Notes: generated by a model from the letters alone, not told the origin. A DNA stretch of 64,000 nucleotides from Candidatus Hydrogenedentota bacterium (GCA_963668025.2 CAXXTH010000008.1:64001-128000), one strand, 5' to 3'. Shown: positions 17,488 through 28,647, counted from the stretch's first letter. Numbers and translations are program-made.

Positions 17488-17709
17488 GGCAAGGCGAATG
17501 GAGCGGTAATCACAGAACTACACCTGAAATTAGGAAAAAAGCGCCAGCTCATCCTGGCGCTTCTCCCTCATTCGGAGAGTTTATATCGAAAAGCGCCAAC
17601 ACTCTAGCTTGCATAAACTATCGTGGTAGGCATTGATTCTTTAACTGGCGGAAAGGTGGCTGCCTTGCTCGACACTCCTCCTGGAATAAAGCATCGGCTG
17701 GAACGGCTG

Positions 17710-20700
17710 ATGAACTGGCATAAGACCGTTGGCGGCGATGGCCAGTTTCCGCCATCGACGGATGAACAACCGCTTCGCGCGGAGCTTTACAGTGTTAACC
17801 AGTTGGAGCATCACGCCAAAGTATTGGCGGGATTGCACGAAATCGCTACGGTGGCCGCGCTCGATCGGCTCATACCGAGATTGGAAGAAAACGAACGGAT
17901 ACTAATCCGCACCTACGACTTGCTCACGGACGCAGTGAAAACGAGCCGCCGGATTGTGCCTGCGGCGGAATGGATGCTAGACAATTTCTATGTGATTGAA
18001 GAACAGATCCGCACCGCACGCCTCCATTTTCCGCCATCGTATAGCAAAGGCTTGCCCCGGCTGGCAAAAGGCCCTGTAGCGGGATACCCACGGGTGTACA
18101 GCATAGCGATGGAGCTGATATCACACGTGGACGGCAACCTGGATGTCGAGAGCCTCAACGCGTTTACCGCCTCCTACCAGGCTATCAAGCCCTTGACATT
18201 GGGTGAGCTTTGGGCTGTTCCCATTATGCTTAGGTTGGGGCTGCTCGAGAATCTCCGGCGGGTGGCTGTCCGCTTGACGGCGAGCCTGCGCGACCGAGGA
18301 TTGGCTACCGAATGGGCCGAGCGGATGGAGAACGTGGTCGAGCAGAATCCATCCGACTTGATTCTCGTATTGGCGGATATGGCGCGTGCGAATCCCCCGT
18401 TATCCAGCGCTTTTCTGGCGGAGTTCACCCGGCATCTACATGGGCAGAGCCCGCATTTTGCGTTCGCTTTAAGCTGGCTAGAGCACCGCGTCTCCGAACA
18501 AGGGCTGAATATCGCTCATCTTGTACAGATGGAAAGCCAGGTGCAGGCGGTTGACCAAGTGTCCATCGGCAACACCATTAATAGTCTCCGATTCCTCAGC
18601 CTGTCCGACTGGCGGGAGTTCGTCGAAGGACAGAGCATCGTCGAACAGACGCTACGCAGTGAACCGTCTGGTGTGTATGCCAACATGGATTTTGCCACAC
18701 GGGACCTATACCGCCACGCGGTGGAAGAAATCGCTAAACGCAGCAAGCGTCCGGAGAACGAGATTGCGCAGCAGGCCATTGGACTCGCCATGGAGGCATC
18801 CACCGGCCCGCACAACAACCGAAAAGAGCATGTCGGATACTACCTTATCGATAAAGGCCGTAAGACGCTGGAGCAAGCCGCGGGTGTGCGGTGGTCGCCG
18901 CGCGGAGTCCTCGGGAAAGGCATTCGCCGCTATCCGTTATTCTTCTACCTTTCCAGCATCTTTGTATGGACAGCCTGCATTATGGCGGGCTTGATCGCGT
19001 GGGCGGATCACGGCGGGCTGCCAGCGTGGATACTGGCGTTGTTGGTGGCGCCCGTCTTGGTTTCCGTGTCCCAATTCGCCGTCAGCATCGCCAACTGGCT
19101 GGTAACAATATACATCGGCCCGCAGCCATTGCCTCGGATGGATTTCCGCCACGGCATTCCGCCGGAGCACCGGACAATAGCCGCCGTTCCTACGATGCTC
19201 CTCAACGCGGCTGCAACAGACGCTCTGCTGGAACAACTGGAAATACGGTACCTGGCAAATAGCGCTCCAAACTTGCACTTCGCCCTGCTCACCGATCTCG
19301 CCGATGCGCCACAGGCTGTAATGCCAGAAGATGAGGGACTGGTCCGGCAAGCCCGGGAGGGAATTGCATCCCTGAACCGAAAATATGAGCACGACCGGCC
19401 CGATATCTTTTACCTTTTCCACCGCCCGCGACGATGGAACGAGCCGGACCGGGTGTGGATGGGATACGAACGCAAGAGGGGAAAGTTGAAAGAGTTCAAC
19501 GCGCTCCTGCGCGGCGGCTCAAAGGATTGTTTTCAAGAGATTGTCGGCGAATGTAGTGTTTTGCCTCAAGTCCGCTATGTCATAACGCTCGACACGGACA
19601 CGGAGCTTCCCCGCGACGCGGCGCGCAAGTTGGTTGAAGCAATTAGCCATCCTCTCAACCGGCCTGTTTTTGACAAGGAGCAGAAGCGGATTATTGATGG
19701 CTATGGCATTATACAACCCCGTGTGGGAATCAGCTTGCCGAGTGCGTCGCGTTCCTGGTATGTCCGGTTGTTAGCCGCGGATGCCGGCGTGGATCCATAC
19801 ACGCGGGCGGTATCCGATATATACCAGGATCTTTTCGGCGAAGGCTCTTTCATCGGGAAGGGAATTTACGATGTTGGCGCACTTCACCAAGCGTGCGCCT
19901 GCCTTCCTGACAATGCGATCCTGAGCCATGACTTGCTAGAAGGCGCGTACGCACGTTCGGCGTTGCTCAGTGATGTGGAGGTCTACGAAGATCACCCATA
20001 TCGGTATTTCACGGATGTGAGCCGGAGGCGGCGTTGGATACGCGGCGACTGGCAGATTGCATGGTGGCTGCTGCCGCGTGTGCCCGGCCAGTACGCCAAG
20101 TGGAGCCCAAACCCAATTTCGGCCCTCTCCAAGTGGAAAATCGCCGACAATCTCCGCCGCAGCCTTGTACCGCCCGCGATGTTGATGCTGCTCGTTTTTG
20201 CCTGGCTGCTGCCCTGGCTTTGGTTGTCGGCAGGGGCGACGCTTTTGGTCATTGCGATCTTGGTTATCCCCACGCTTCTCTCGGCGGCAGGCGGAATCGT
20301 ACACAAACCGCGAGACTTGCCATGGTGGATGCATTTTCACGCTCTTGCACCTGGAATCTTCCGCCAGATGGGGCAAGTTCTTTTCGTACTGGCCCTTGTC
20401 CCATATGATGCCTACATCAGTCTTGATTCGATCACACGTACGCTCGTGCGTGTGCTCTGGAAGCGCCGCAAACTTCTGGAGTGGACGACCTCCAGCGATG
20501 CCGCGTTTGCCGTGCGCACCGATCTGCGTGGACATTTTCGAGCCATGTGGATGGAGCCTGTCGCCGCTATGATCGTTCTCATCCTTATTATTCTGGTTCG
20601 ACAGGAGAGCCTCCCTGCCAGCGCACCATTCCTAGGTGTATGGCTGGTTTCACCAGCCATAGCCTGGTGGCTAAGCCGCCCCATCCCGGCACGAGAACCA

Positions 20701-23700
20701 AAACTCTCCGAAGGACAGATTGTCTTTTTGAGAAAATTGGCGCGCCGAACATGGGAATATTTCGAGGTATTCGTTACGCCGCAAGAAAACTGGCTTCCGC
20801 CGGATAATTACCAAGAGCATCCAGTGATAAGCATCGCATCGAGGACCAGCCCAACGAACATCGGGATGGCGCTGCTCGCGAACCTATCCGCCTATGATTT
20901 CGGATACTGCTCCACAACGCGGATGCTGGAGCGGACCGAAAATACCCTCGCCACTATGAGCCGCTTGGAAAAATATCGCGGCCACTTCTACAACTGGTAC
21001 GATACGCATAGTCTCAATATTTTAGCGCCACGATACATTTCCACGATAGACAGTGGGAACCTCGCAGGGCATCTACTGGTCTTGCGAAGCGGGTTGTTGG
21101 AGCTGGTTGATACAAAGATCCTGCCGCCGCGGATGTTCAACGGAGTACAGGATACGGTTCGAGTGCTCTTCGATGAGGTCAATGATTTTATTGATGGGAT
21201 GGGTCCAGATTCCAACGTAGCGCCTGCAAGAGAGGCTTTGCGGAAAATAGAGCAGATAGAGGCAGAATTAAAATCTCGTCCAAGCACGCTCAGGGATTCA
21301 ATGCTGCTCTTGCAACGTTTATCGGCTCAGGCAAGCGATCTGGGCCAAATCAACGGCCTGAATGGGGAATCTCAAAAATGGGCTCAGGCGTTAGAACGAT
21401 GCATAACCGGCCATCTCGGCGACATGGCCTTTATTGCCCCGTGGGCGCTGCTCCCACTCGCGCCCGAAGAATTCTGGCAAGGCAACTCGCCGGAACGGAT
21501 TACCGGCATCAATGAGTTGCGGGAGTCATTGGAGCGGCTCGAAGAAGTCCCGACTCTCCGCCAGGTGGCCGCGATAAAGCTGTCGTTGCTGCCATTGCTT
21601 GATGCGATCTTGGCGGGATTTCATGCAACAAATCGTGGTAGCGCAACCCCCCCCAAGGATTTAAAAGCCTGTGCATGGCTTGCCAGCCTTCGCTGCGCAT
21701 TCGTCGATGCTTCCCAGAACGCCTTGGAACGCATTCGGGCGCTGGAAGCCGCTGCGGAACGTTGCCATGAATTATCGGCCATGGACTTCACATTTCTGTT
21801 TGATAAATCCCGCGACCTGCTGTCCATTGGCTACAATGCTGGCGATCACAACCTGGACAAAGGGTATTACGACCTTCTCGCCTCAGAGGCCCGGCTCGCC
21901 AGTTTTTACGCGATATCGCAAGGGCAGTTGGGACAGGAGCATTGGTTCGCACTGGGCCGCCTGCTCACCGCATCCAGAAGCGCAACTGCACTGCTTAGCT
22001 GGAGCGGTTCCATCTTCGAATACCTTATGCCTCTGCTCGTGATGCCGACCTACGAGAACACCCTTTTAAACCAGACCTACAAAGCGGTCGTGCAACGGCA
22101 AATTGAATATGGAAAGCAGCGCGGGACGCCTTGGGGAATTTCCGAATCCGGATTCAACGCATGGGACGTACACCTGAACTACCAGTATCGGGCCTTCGGC
22201 GTGCCGGGGCTGGGATTGAAGCGGGGACTGGCCGAGGATCTTGTCGTTGCTCCGTATGCATCGGTCATGGCGCTGATGGTGGAGCCCGAAGCCGCATGCC
22301 GAAACCTCGAACGCCTCGTGGCCGAAAAACGGCAGGGCCGTTACGGTTTTTACGAGGCGATTGACTACACGACATCCCGCTTGCCGCTCGGAGTCAACAG
22401 TGCAACGGTCCGGTCTTTTATGACACATCATGAAGGAATGAGCCTTCTATCACTAGAATACCTCCTCCTCGACCGCCCAATGCAACGCCGTTTTCTAGCA
22501 GATCCGGCTCTCCAGGCGACGGATCTGCTGCTGCAAGAACGCATTCCCAAAACAACAGGGCTAATATTTCCCCACGAGATCGAGGCCAGCGCCACACGTA
22601 TGGCCTCTGCTGAGACGGAAGGCACCGTGCGTGTCTTCACTGATCCGGGAAGCCCTGTACCGGAAGTGCATCTGCTCTCCAACGGGCGTTATCACGTCAT
22701 GGTCAGCAGCGCCGGTGGAGGATACAGCCGCTGGCGTGATCTGGCGCTCACGAGGTGGCGGGAAGATCCGACCCGTGATTGCTGGGGGTCGTTCTGTTAT
22801 GTGCGTGATTTGTATAGTGGGCGGTTCTGGTCGATTGGCTACCAGCCCACCCTTCAAGCATCCAAATCGTACGAAGTGATTTTTGCGCAGGGCAAAGCGG
22901 AGTTCCGCCGCCGGGATGATGATATCGAGACCCATACCGAAATCAGCGTTTCACCCGAAGATGACATCGAACTGCGCCGCATCACCATCACCAACCACTC
23001 AGACAGGCCACGGATCATCGAACTAACCAGTTACGCGGAAGTCGTACTGGCTCCGGACGGCCAAGATGTGGCCCATCCAGCGTTTAGCAACCTATTTGTG
23101 CAGACCGAACTGGTGCGCGCCCGGCAAGCGATTCTCTGCACCCGGCGTCCCCGTTCCGCCGAAGAGAAGCCTCCATGGATGGTTCACTTGATGACGCTAC
23201 AGGGCGAGGCAAGGGGGGAAATATCCTTCGAGACGGATCGAATGAAATTTGTAGGAAGAGGCCGGGTGCTATCCTGGCCGGCGGCGATGGCCAGCAGTGG
23301 GCCATTGTCGAACAGCGTGGGTTCGGTGCTCGATCCCGTGGCTTCCATCCGGCATACCGTCTCTATTCAACCGAACGAGAAGGCGCGAATAGACTTGGTC
23401 ACGGGCATCGCCGAAACACGCGAGGCCGCAATGGCGTTGGTGGATAAATATGACGATCCCCGCCTTGCCGACCGCGTCTTCGAGCTGGCGTGGACACACA
23501 GCAACGCCGAACTACAACACCTGAATTCCGTAGAGGCTGAGGGGCAAATGTATGGGCGGCTGGCCGGTTCCGTCATTTATGCAACGTCGCGTTATCGGCC
23601 AAACTCCGCCATCCTGGTTCGGAATAAGCGCGGCCAGTCGGGACTCTGGGGCTATGGAATCTCTGGCGATCTTCCCATCGTATTGGTGCGTATTCGTGAG

Positions 23701-26484
23701 CGGGAGAAGCTTGACCTGGTCCGCCAGGCTGTCCAGGCGCACGCCTATTGGCGGATGAAGGGGCTGAGTGTAGACCTCGTCATTTGGAATGAAGACAATT
23801 CAATTTATCGCGGGGAATTACACGACGCCATCATGGGCCTTATCGCGGCAAGTTCGGAGGCGGCGATGGTGGACAAGCCCGGCGGGGTGTTTCTGCGCCG
23901 GGGAGAACAGATCTCGGAAGAAGATCGGGTGCTCCTGGAGGCCGTGGCTCGAATCGTACTCGTGGACGATGCCGGGACGCTGCCGGAGCAAGTCGAGCGG
24001 CGCGGGCGGGTCCAGGCGCCAATGGCCATTCTTAAACCGGCGCGTCGCCGGGCGAAAATGGAACCCGTGGAGACGCCTAAATATGACTTAACCTTCTTTA
24101 ATGGCCTGGGTGGCTTCACACATGACGGCCGCGAATATATCACGATCCTGAAACCGGGCGAAAACACCCCCGCGCCTTGGGTTAATGTCATTGCAAACCC
24201 ACAGTTCGGAACCATCGTGTCGGAGAGCGGGAGCGTCTACACGTGGGCCGGGAACAGCCATAACTTCCGTTTGACGCCCTGGAGCAATGATCCCGTCAGT
24301 GGCAGCGGCAGCGAAGCGATATACATCCGCGACGAAGAAAGCGGCTACGTCTGGTCTCCTTCTCCCTTGCCTGCCCGCGGGGCCACGGCGTATGTCGTCC
24401 GCCATGGTTTTGGCTACAGCATCTTTGAGTGCCAGGAAGATGGCGCTGCCAGCGAGCTAACCGTATATGTCGATCCGGATGCTCCCGTGAAGTTCGCGCG
24501 GCTTAAATTGACAAACCGCTCAGGACGGCTCCGCCGTTTCTCTGTAACCGCTTATTGGGAATTGGTGTTGGGAGAGTCAAGAGAAAAGACGCTCATGCAT
24601 GTTGTCACGGAAATTGATCCGATAACGGGCGCTGTCTTTGCGAGAAATGCGTACAACATGGACTTCAGCGGACGGGTGGTTTTCGCAGCCACAAGCGAAA
24701 CCACACGAACGATAACAACCGACCGTACCGAGTTCCTTGGCCGCAACGGAACGCCTGCCAACCCAGCGGCCCTAAATCGGGTCCGTCTTTCCGGCCGCGT
24801 GGGAGCAGGACTCGATCCATGCGCGGCGATACAAGCGCCGGTGGAGCTGGATGCCGGACAAGAAAAAGAAATCATTTTTATCTTTGGCGCCGCAGAGTCG
24901 GAAGATCAAGCAAGGCAGTTCATTCAACAGATTCGGAGCGTCTCGGGAGCGCAACGGGCTCTGGAAGGCGTATGGAATTACTGGGGCCGCACATTGGGCG
25001 CGCTGTATGTGGAGACGCCTGATCCCGCGGTCAACTTCCTGGCCAACGGTTGGCTGATTTATCAAACCCTCTCGTGCCGTATGTGGGCGCGCACGGGATT
25101 CTACCAGTCAGGTGGAGCATATGGATTCCGTGACCAGTTGCAAGACGCCATGGCCCTCCTGTTCGCGGAACCTCTTATGCTGCGCGCGCATTTGCTTCGT
25201 GCCGCGGCGAGGCAGTTTCAAGAGGGTGACGTCCAGCATTGGTGGCACACGCCATCGGGGCGCGGCGTGCGGACACACTGCTCGGATGACTTTTTATGGC
25301 TGCCGTACGCCACCTGCCGGTATGTAGCCGCCACGGGAGACACCGGCGTGCTGGATGAACCAGCGCCATTCCTCAACGGCCGCCTCCTGCATCCGGAGGA
25401 AGACTCCTGTTACGACCTTGCGCAAGTCTCGGATAAAGTCGAAACGCTCTACGAACACTGTGTGCGGGCAATCAACCACGGCCTGCGTTTCGGGCTCCAC
25501 GGCCTGCCCCTGATGGGCGGCGGCGATTGGAACGATGGGATGAACCTCGTCGGAGAACAGGGAAAGGGCGAGAGCGTATGGCTGGGATTTTTCCTGTACG
25601 ATGTTCTGATACGTTTCGCCGAACAAGCCCGCCCGCGTGGCGACAGCATGTTTGCGGACAAATGCCTGGCCGAGGCCGGACGCCTGCGCCTTCACATAGA
25701 AGATGCCGCCTGGGACGGGCAATGGTACCTCCGGGCATTCTTCGACAATGGCGAACCGCTCGGTTCTGCGAAAAACACCGAGTGCCAAATCGACTCGATT
25801 CCACAAAGCTGGTCCGTGCTCTCCCGCGCGGGCGAGCGTGGCCGCACCCAGGCCGCAATGGACAGTGTCGACCGCCGGCTGGTGCGCCGGGACTCACAAC
25901 TCGTGCAACTTTTTGCTCCTCCATTCGATAAGTCGGAACTCAATCCAGGCTATATCAAGGGATATACCCCTGGCGTGCGGGAAAACGGCGGGCAATATAC
26001 GCATGCCGCAATTTGGGCCGCGATGGCATTTGCCGCGATGGGCGATTCCAAACGCGCATGGGAATTATTCTCCCTGCTCAATCCAATTGCCCACGGCGCA
26101 TCATACGAGCACATGCTACTCTATAGAGTCGAGCCGTATGTGATGGCGGCTGACATTTATGCCGCGCCCCCTCACACGGGCCGTGGCGGATGGACATGGT
26201 ACACCGGATCATCTGCTTGGATGTACCGCCTCATCATAGAATCCCTGCTCGGCTTACAATTACAATCCGATGTCCTTCAGTTTGCCCCTTGCCTCCCATC
26301 GGCGTGGCAAACATGCAATATGAACTACCGCTACCGCGAGACCTTCTACCACATCACCATCCGTAACGCTGGCGGCGGAAAATCCGTTAAGCGAGTCGTG
26401 GTGGATGGTGCGGAACAACTTGAAAGGGCGGTGCATTTGATTGATGACCGCCATACGCATACAGTAGAAGTGGATGTCGATTGA
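17710..26484 (+). CDS. ndvB: Cyclic beta-1,2-glucan synthase (Cgs/NdvB/ChvB type; GT84 region, cyclase region, GH94 phosphorylase domain)
   Basis: About 2,920 aa with WMGYERKRGKL, YVITLDTDT, GEGSFIGKGIYD, LSHDLLEG, RRRWIRGDWQ, PWGISES, QSGGAYGFRDQLQD, DWNDGMN and GVRENGGQYTH. Start uncertain (17623-17710). Confidence 0.93.
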   Translation: MNWHKTVGGDGQFPPSTDEQPLRAELYSVNQLEHHAKVLAGLHEIATVAALDRLIPRLEENERILIRTYDLLTDAVKTSRRIVPAAEWMLDNFYVIEEQIRTARLHFPPSYSKGLPRLAKGPVAGYPRVYSIAMELISHVDGNLDVESLNAFTASYQAIKPLTLGELWAVPIMLRLGLLENLRRVAVRLTASLRDRGLATEWAERMENVVEQNPSDLILVLADMARANPPLSSAFLAEFTRHLHGQSPHFAFALSWLEHRVSEQGLNIAHLVQMESQVQAVDQVSIGNTINSLRFLSLSDWREFVEGQSIVEQTLRSEPSGVYANMDFATRDLYRHAVEEIAKRSKRPENEIAQQAIGLAMEASTGPHNNRKEHVGYYLIDKGRKTLEQAAGVRWSPRGVLGKGIRRYPLFFYLSSIFVWTACIMAGLIAWADHGGLPAWILALLVAPVLVSVSQFAVSIANWLVTIYIGPQPLPRMDFRHGIPPEHRTIAAVPTMLLNAAATDALLEQLEIRYLANSAPNLHFALLTDLADAPQAVMPEDEGLVRQAREGIASLNRKYEHDRPDIFYLFHRPRRWNEPDRVWMGYERKRGKLKEFNALLRGGSKDCFQEIVGECSVLPQVRYVITLDTDTELPRDAARKLVEAISHPLNRPVFDKEQKRIIDGYGIIQPRVGISLPSASRSWYVRLLAADAGVDPYTRAVSDIYQDLFGEGSFIGKGIYDVGALHQACACLPDNAILSHDLLEGAYARSALLSDVEVYEDHPYRYFTDVSRRRRWIRGDWQIAWWLLPRVPGQYAKWSPNPISALSKWKIADNLRRSLVPPAMLMLLVFAWLLPWLWLSAGATLLVIAILVIPTLLSAAGGIVHKPRDLPWWMHFHALAPGIFRQMGQVLFVLALVPYDAYISLDSITRTLVRVLWKRRKLLEWTTSSDAAFAVRTDLRGHFRAMWMEPVAAMIVLILIILVRQESLPASAPFLGVWLVSPAIAWWLSRPIPAREPKLSEGQIVFLRKLARRTWEYFEVFVTPQENWLPPDNYQEHPVISIASRTSPTNIGMALLANLSAYDFGYCSTTRMLERTENTLATMSRLEKYRGHFYNWYDTHSLNILAPRYISTIDSGNLAGHLLVLRSGLLELVDTKILPPRMFNGVQDTVRVLFDEVNDFIDGMGPDSNVAPAREALRKIEQIEAELKSRPSTLRDSMLLLQRLSAQASDLGQINGLNGESQKWAQALERCITGHLGDMAFIAPWALLPLAPEEFWQGNSPERITGINELRESLERLEEVPTLRQVAAIKLSLLPLLDAILAGFHATNRGSATPPKDLKACAWLASLRCAFVDASQNALERIRALEAAAERCHELSAMDFTFLFDKSRDLLSIGYNAGDHNLDKGYYDLLASEARLASFYAISQGQLGQEHWFALGRLLTASRSATALLSWSGSIFEYLMPLLVMPTYENTLLNQTYKAVVQRQIEYGKQRGTPWGISESGFNAWDVHLNYQYRAFGVPGLGLKRGLAEDLVVAPYASVMALMVEPEAACRNLERLVAEKRQGRYGFYEAIDYTTSRLPLGVNSATVRSFMTHHEGMSLLSLEYLLLDRPMQRRFLADPALQATDLLLQERIPKTTGLIFPHEIEASATRMASAETEGTVRVFTDPGSPVPEVHLLSNGRYHVMVSSAGGGYSRWRDLALTRWREDPTRDCWGSFCYVRDLYSGRFWSIGYQPTLQASKSYEVIFAQGKAEFRRRDDDIETHTEISVSPEDDIELRRITITNHSDRPRIIELTSYAEVVLAPDGQDVAHPAFSNLFVQTELVRARQAILCTRRPRSAEEKPPWMVHLMTLQGEARGEISFETDRMKFVGRGRVLSWPAAMASSGPLSNSVGSVLDPVASIRHTVSIQPNEKARIDLVTGIAETREAAMALVDKYDDPRLADRVFELAWTHSNAELQHLNSVEAEGQMYGRLAGSVIYATSRYRPNSAILVRNKRGQSGLWGYGISGDLPIVLVRIREREKLDLVRQAVQAHAYWRMKGLSVDLVIWNEDNSIYRGELHDAIMGLIAASSEAAMVDKPGGVFLRRGEQISEEDRVLLEAVARIVLVDDAGTLPEQVERRGRVQAPMAILKPARRRAKMEPVETPKYDLTFFNGLGGFTHDGREYITILKPGENTPAPWVNVIANPQFGTIVSESGSVYTWAGNSHNFRLTPWSNDPVSGSGSEAIYIRDEESGYVWSPSPLPARGATAYVVRHGFGYSIFECQEDGAASELTVYVDPDAPVKFARLKLTNRSGRLRRFSVTAYWELVLGESREKTLMHVVTEIDPITGAVFARNAYNMDFSGRVVFAATSETTRTITTDRTEFLGRNGTPANPAALNRVRLSGRVGAGLDPCAAIQAPVELDAGQEKEIIFIFGAAESEDQARQFIQQIRSVSGAQRALEGVWNYWGRTLGALYVETPDPAVNFLANGWLIYQTLSCRMWARTGFYQSGGAYGFRDQLQDAMALLFAEPLMLRAHLLRAAARQFQEGDVQHWWHTPSGRGVRTHCSDDFLWLPYATCRYVAATGDTGVLDEPAPFLNGRLLHPEEDSCYDLAQVSDKVETLYEHCVRAINHGLRFGLHGLPLMGGGDWNDGMNLVGEQGKGESVWLGFFLYDVLIRFAEQARPRGDSMFADKCLAEAGRLRLHIEDAAWDGQWYLRAFFDNGEPLGSAKNTECQIDSIPQSWSVLSRAGERGRTQAAMDSVDRRLVRRDSQLVQLFAPPFDKSELNPGYIKGYTPGVRENGGQYTHAAIWAAMAFAAMGDSKRAWELFSLLNPIAHGASYEHMLLYRVEPYVMAADIYAAPPHTGRGGWTWYTGSSAWMYRLIIESLLGLQLQSDVLQFAPCLPSAWQTCNMNYRYRETFYHITIRNAGGGKSVKRVVVDGAEQLERAVHLIDDRHTHTVEVDVD

Positions 26485-26663
26485 GGGCCATTGCCATCCT
26501 TGAGAGTTTAGGAGGCGCGTCAAAATAACTTGACTATTTTTTCGCATTCAACGCAATTTTCATGGCGATAGGAATTACCGTTTCCTTTCCGAGTGGTGGG
26601 AGAAAATCGGTAAGTTATTTTGACGCGACTCCTTAGCTCAATCAAGCAAGACTGGAGGCGGTT

Positions 26664-28388
26664 ATGGGCATGTGTAAAAGAAACTTTGCGCTGATAAGCA
26701 TCATGGTTTCCTTGATACTGTTAGTTCAGTTAGCTGGTTGCATACTCTGGCCGATCTCCAATACTGTTTTTACGACAGCCCAACAGCAGATCCTCCCCAT
26801 CGGGCTATCGGCAGGCACGCCGCAGATTAATCCGGCCGACATACCGCTCTACGAGCAATACGGTTACAGCGCTTGGCAGGCAGGGGACGGCCTGCCTTAC
26901 GAGATGCGGGCTGAACTTGCGCCTGGCTATAATGGCGCATCCAATGAGGCGCGTCTTTTATCATTCTTTACCATCACCGATATTCATATCGCCGACAAGG
27001 AATCCCCGGCGCAGCCGCTCTATGTCGGCTGGAGTGCATTGTATGGCGCTCCCACTTCTTGTGGGTCGGCCTATTCACCGGTCATACTCTCAACGACCCA
27101 CGTCCTTGACGCCGCCATCCAGACGGTCAATGCGTTACACAAACAATCGCCGTTTGATTTCGGCATCTCTCTCGGCGATGGCATCAACAATAACCAATAT
27201 AACGAACTGAGATGGTTCATAGATGTCCTTGACGGAAAGGTCATCACCCCCAGTTCCGGTGCTCATGACGGAGCCTGCGCCATCGATTATCAAAAACCAT
27301 TCAAGGCCGCCGGGCTCGACAAGGCGATCCCCTGGTATCAGGTGCTTGGCAACCATGATCAGTTTTGGATGGGTTCGGCCTATGAGAATATAAAAACCAT
27401 GCAGGCGCATATCGGGAATACCATTCTCAATATGAAAAATGCCCAGGATCCATCGGAGGGAGGCGTAAATTCATACGGCGCTTATATGGGCGTAGTCGAT
27501 GGCTCGACGCCGTACGGGGATGTCATTAAGGCCGGGCCCGAGGAGAACTTTTCCATACCCCCAACGGTCATTGCCGATCCAAACCGCTACGCCCTTGCGA
27601 CGAGTGCGTCCACAAGCTTGAATTGGATGAAGGAATTCTTCACGACCACCTCGAATCCCGTTGGCCACGGATTCACCCAGGCCAGCCTTGACAACGATTT
27701 TGCCTGCTATAGCTTCGAGCCGAAGTCGGATATGCCAATCAAGGTTATCGTGCTCGACGATACCGTCAAAGGCGCTGGCCAGCCCAATTATGCGCGCGCT
27801 GCGCTCGACCAGACCCGGCTCGACTGGCTCACCGGCGAGCTCCAGATGGGCCAGGACGAAGGCAAGCTCATGATTATCGCGGCGCATATCCCGATCCATC
27901 CACAAAAAACCTTCGATCTGAACTCCGGGAACTATCTTTTATTCTCCAGCACCTCGATCATTGACGATCTTTCGCTGCTTAACATCCTCCACAACTATCC
28001 GAATCTGATCTTGTGGATATCGGGACACCGTCACGTAAACGTCGTTACCGCCCAGCCGTCATCCGATGCAGCACATCCTGAACAAGGCTTCTGGGAGGTC
28101 GAAACGGCATCGCTGCGCGATTTTCCCCAGCAGTTCCGCACCTTCGACATCCGCCGCAACAGCGATAATACCATTTCAATCATTGTGACCAATGTTGATC
28201 CCGCTGTCGCCGAAGGATCGCCCGCCGCAAAATCGAGGGGATATGCAATCGGCATCTCGCGCATAATTGGCGCTACGCCCGACACCATCGCGGATACCAC
28301 TTCCCATGCGTACAATGCCGAGCTTGTGAAACAATTGACCCCCGAAATGCAGGCCGTTATCGCCAATTTCGGATCGCCAATCGAATAG
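26664..28388 (+). CDS. Lipoprotein metallophosphoesterase (calcineurin-like; resembles the TIGR03768-type family)
   Basis: Lipobox LAGC, DIH, GDGINN, GNHD, HIP and GHRH metal ligands, plus DKESPAQ and WEVETASLRDFPQQFR. Confidence 0.85.
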   Translation: MGMCKRNFALISIMVSLILLVQLAGCILWPISNTVFTTAQQQILPIGLSAGTPQINPADIPLYEQYGYSAWQAGDGLPYEMRAELAPGYNGASNEARLLSFFTITDIHIADKESPAQPLYVGWSALYGAPTSCGSAYSPVILSTTHVLDAAIQTVNALHKQSPFDFGISLGDGINNNQYNELRWFIDVLDGKVITPSSGAHDGACAIDYQKPFKAAGLDKAIPWYQVLGNHDQFWMGSAYENIKTMQAHIGNTILNMKNAQDPSEGGVNSYGAYMGVVDGSTPYGDVIKAGPEENFSIPPTVIADPNRYALATSASTSLNWMKEFFTTTSNPVGHGFTQASLDNDFACYSFEPKSDMPIKVIVLDDTVKGAGQPNYARAALDQTRLDWLTGELQMGQDEGKLMIIAAHIPIHPQKTFDLNSGNYLLFSSTSIIDDLSLLNILHNYPNLILWISGHRHVNVVTAQPSSDAAHPEQGFWEVETASLRDFPQQFRTFDIRRNSDNTISIIVTNVDPAVAEGSPAAKSRGYAIGISRIIGATPDTIADTTSHAYNAELVKQLTPEMQAVIANFGSPIE

Positions 28389-28534
28389 GCTTTAGACTAT
28401 CAAGTGTTTGGGACCAGGCGAATAGATAATAAAATGGTCAGTGGGCGAACAATAGATAAAAGGAGAGTATTTGCACTGTTTTGAGAGGGGTGAGTGGCTT
28501 GTAAGTCGTTTTATACAGACGCTTTGTAAAATGA

Positions 28535-28610
28535 TGGCAGCCCGTAGGGGAGTCGAACCCCTCTGACAGGACTGAGAATCCTGCATCCTGAACCACTAGA
28601 TGAACGGGCC
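28535..28610 (-). tRNA. tRNA-Glu (anticodon CTC)
   Basis: Reverse complement GGCCCGTTCATCTAGTGGTTCAGGATGCAGGATTCTCAGTCCTGTCAGAGGGGTTCGACTCCCCTACGGGCTGCCA folds as a cloverleaf with GTTCGA T-loop and encoded CCA. Confidence 0.97.
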
Positions 28611-28647
28611 GCATGTATTGCCTGGACGCAACGTCCAGTGCGGAGAT

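Noticed and set aside
17641-26143. Numerous 60-200-aa antisense and out-of-frame ORFs inside the large genes
   Set aside because: These are expected shadow ORFs in GC-rich coding DNA, with no RBS or family motifs.
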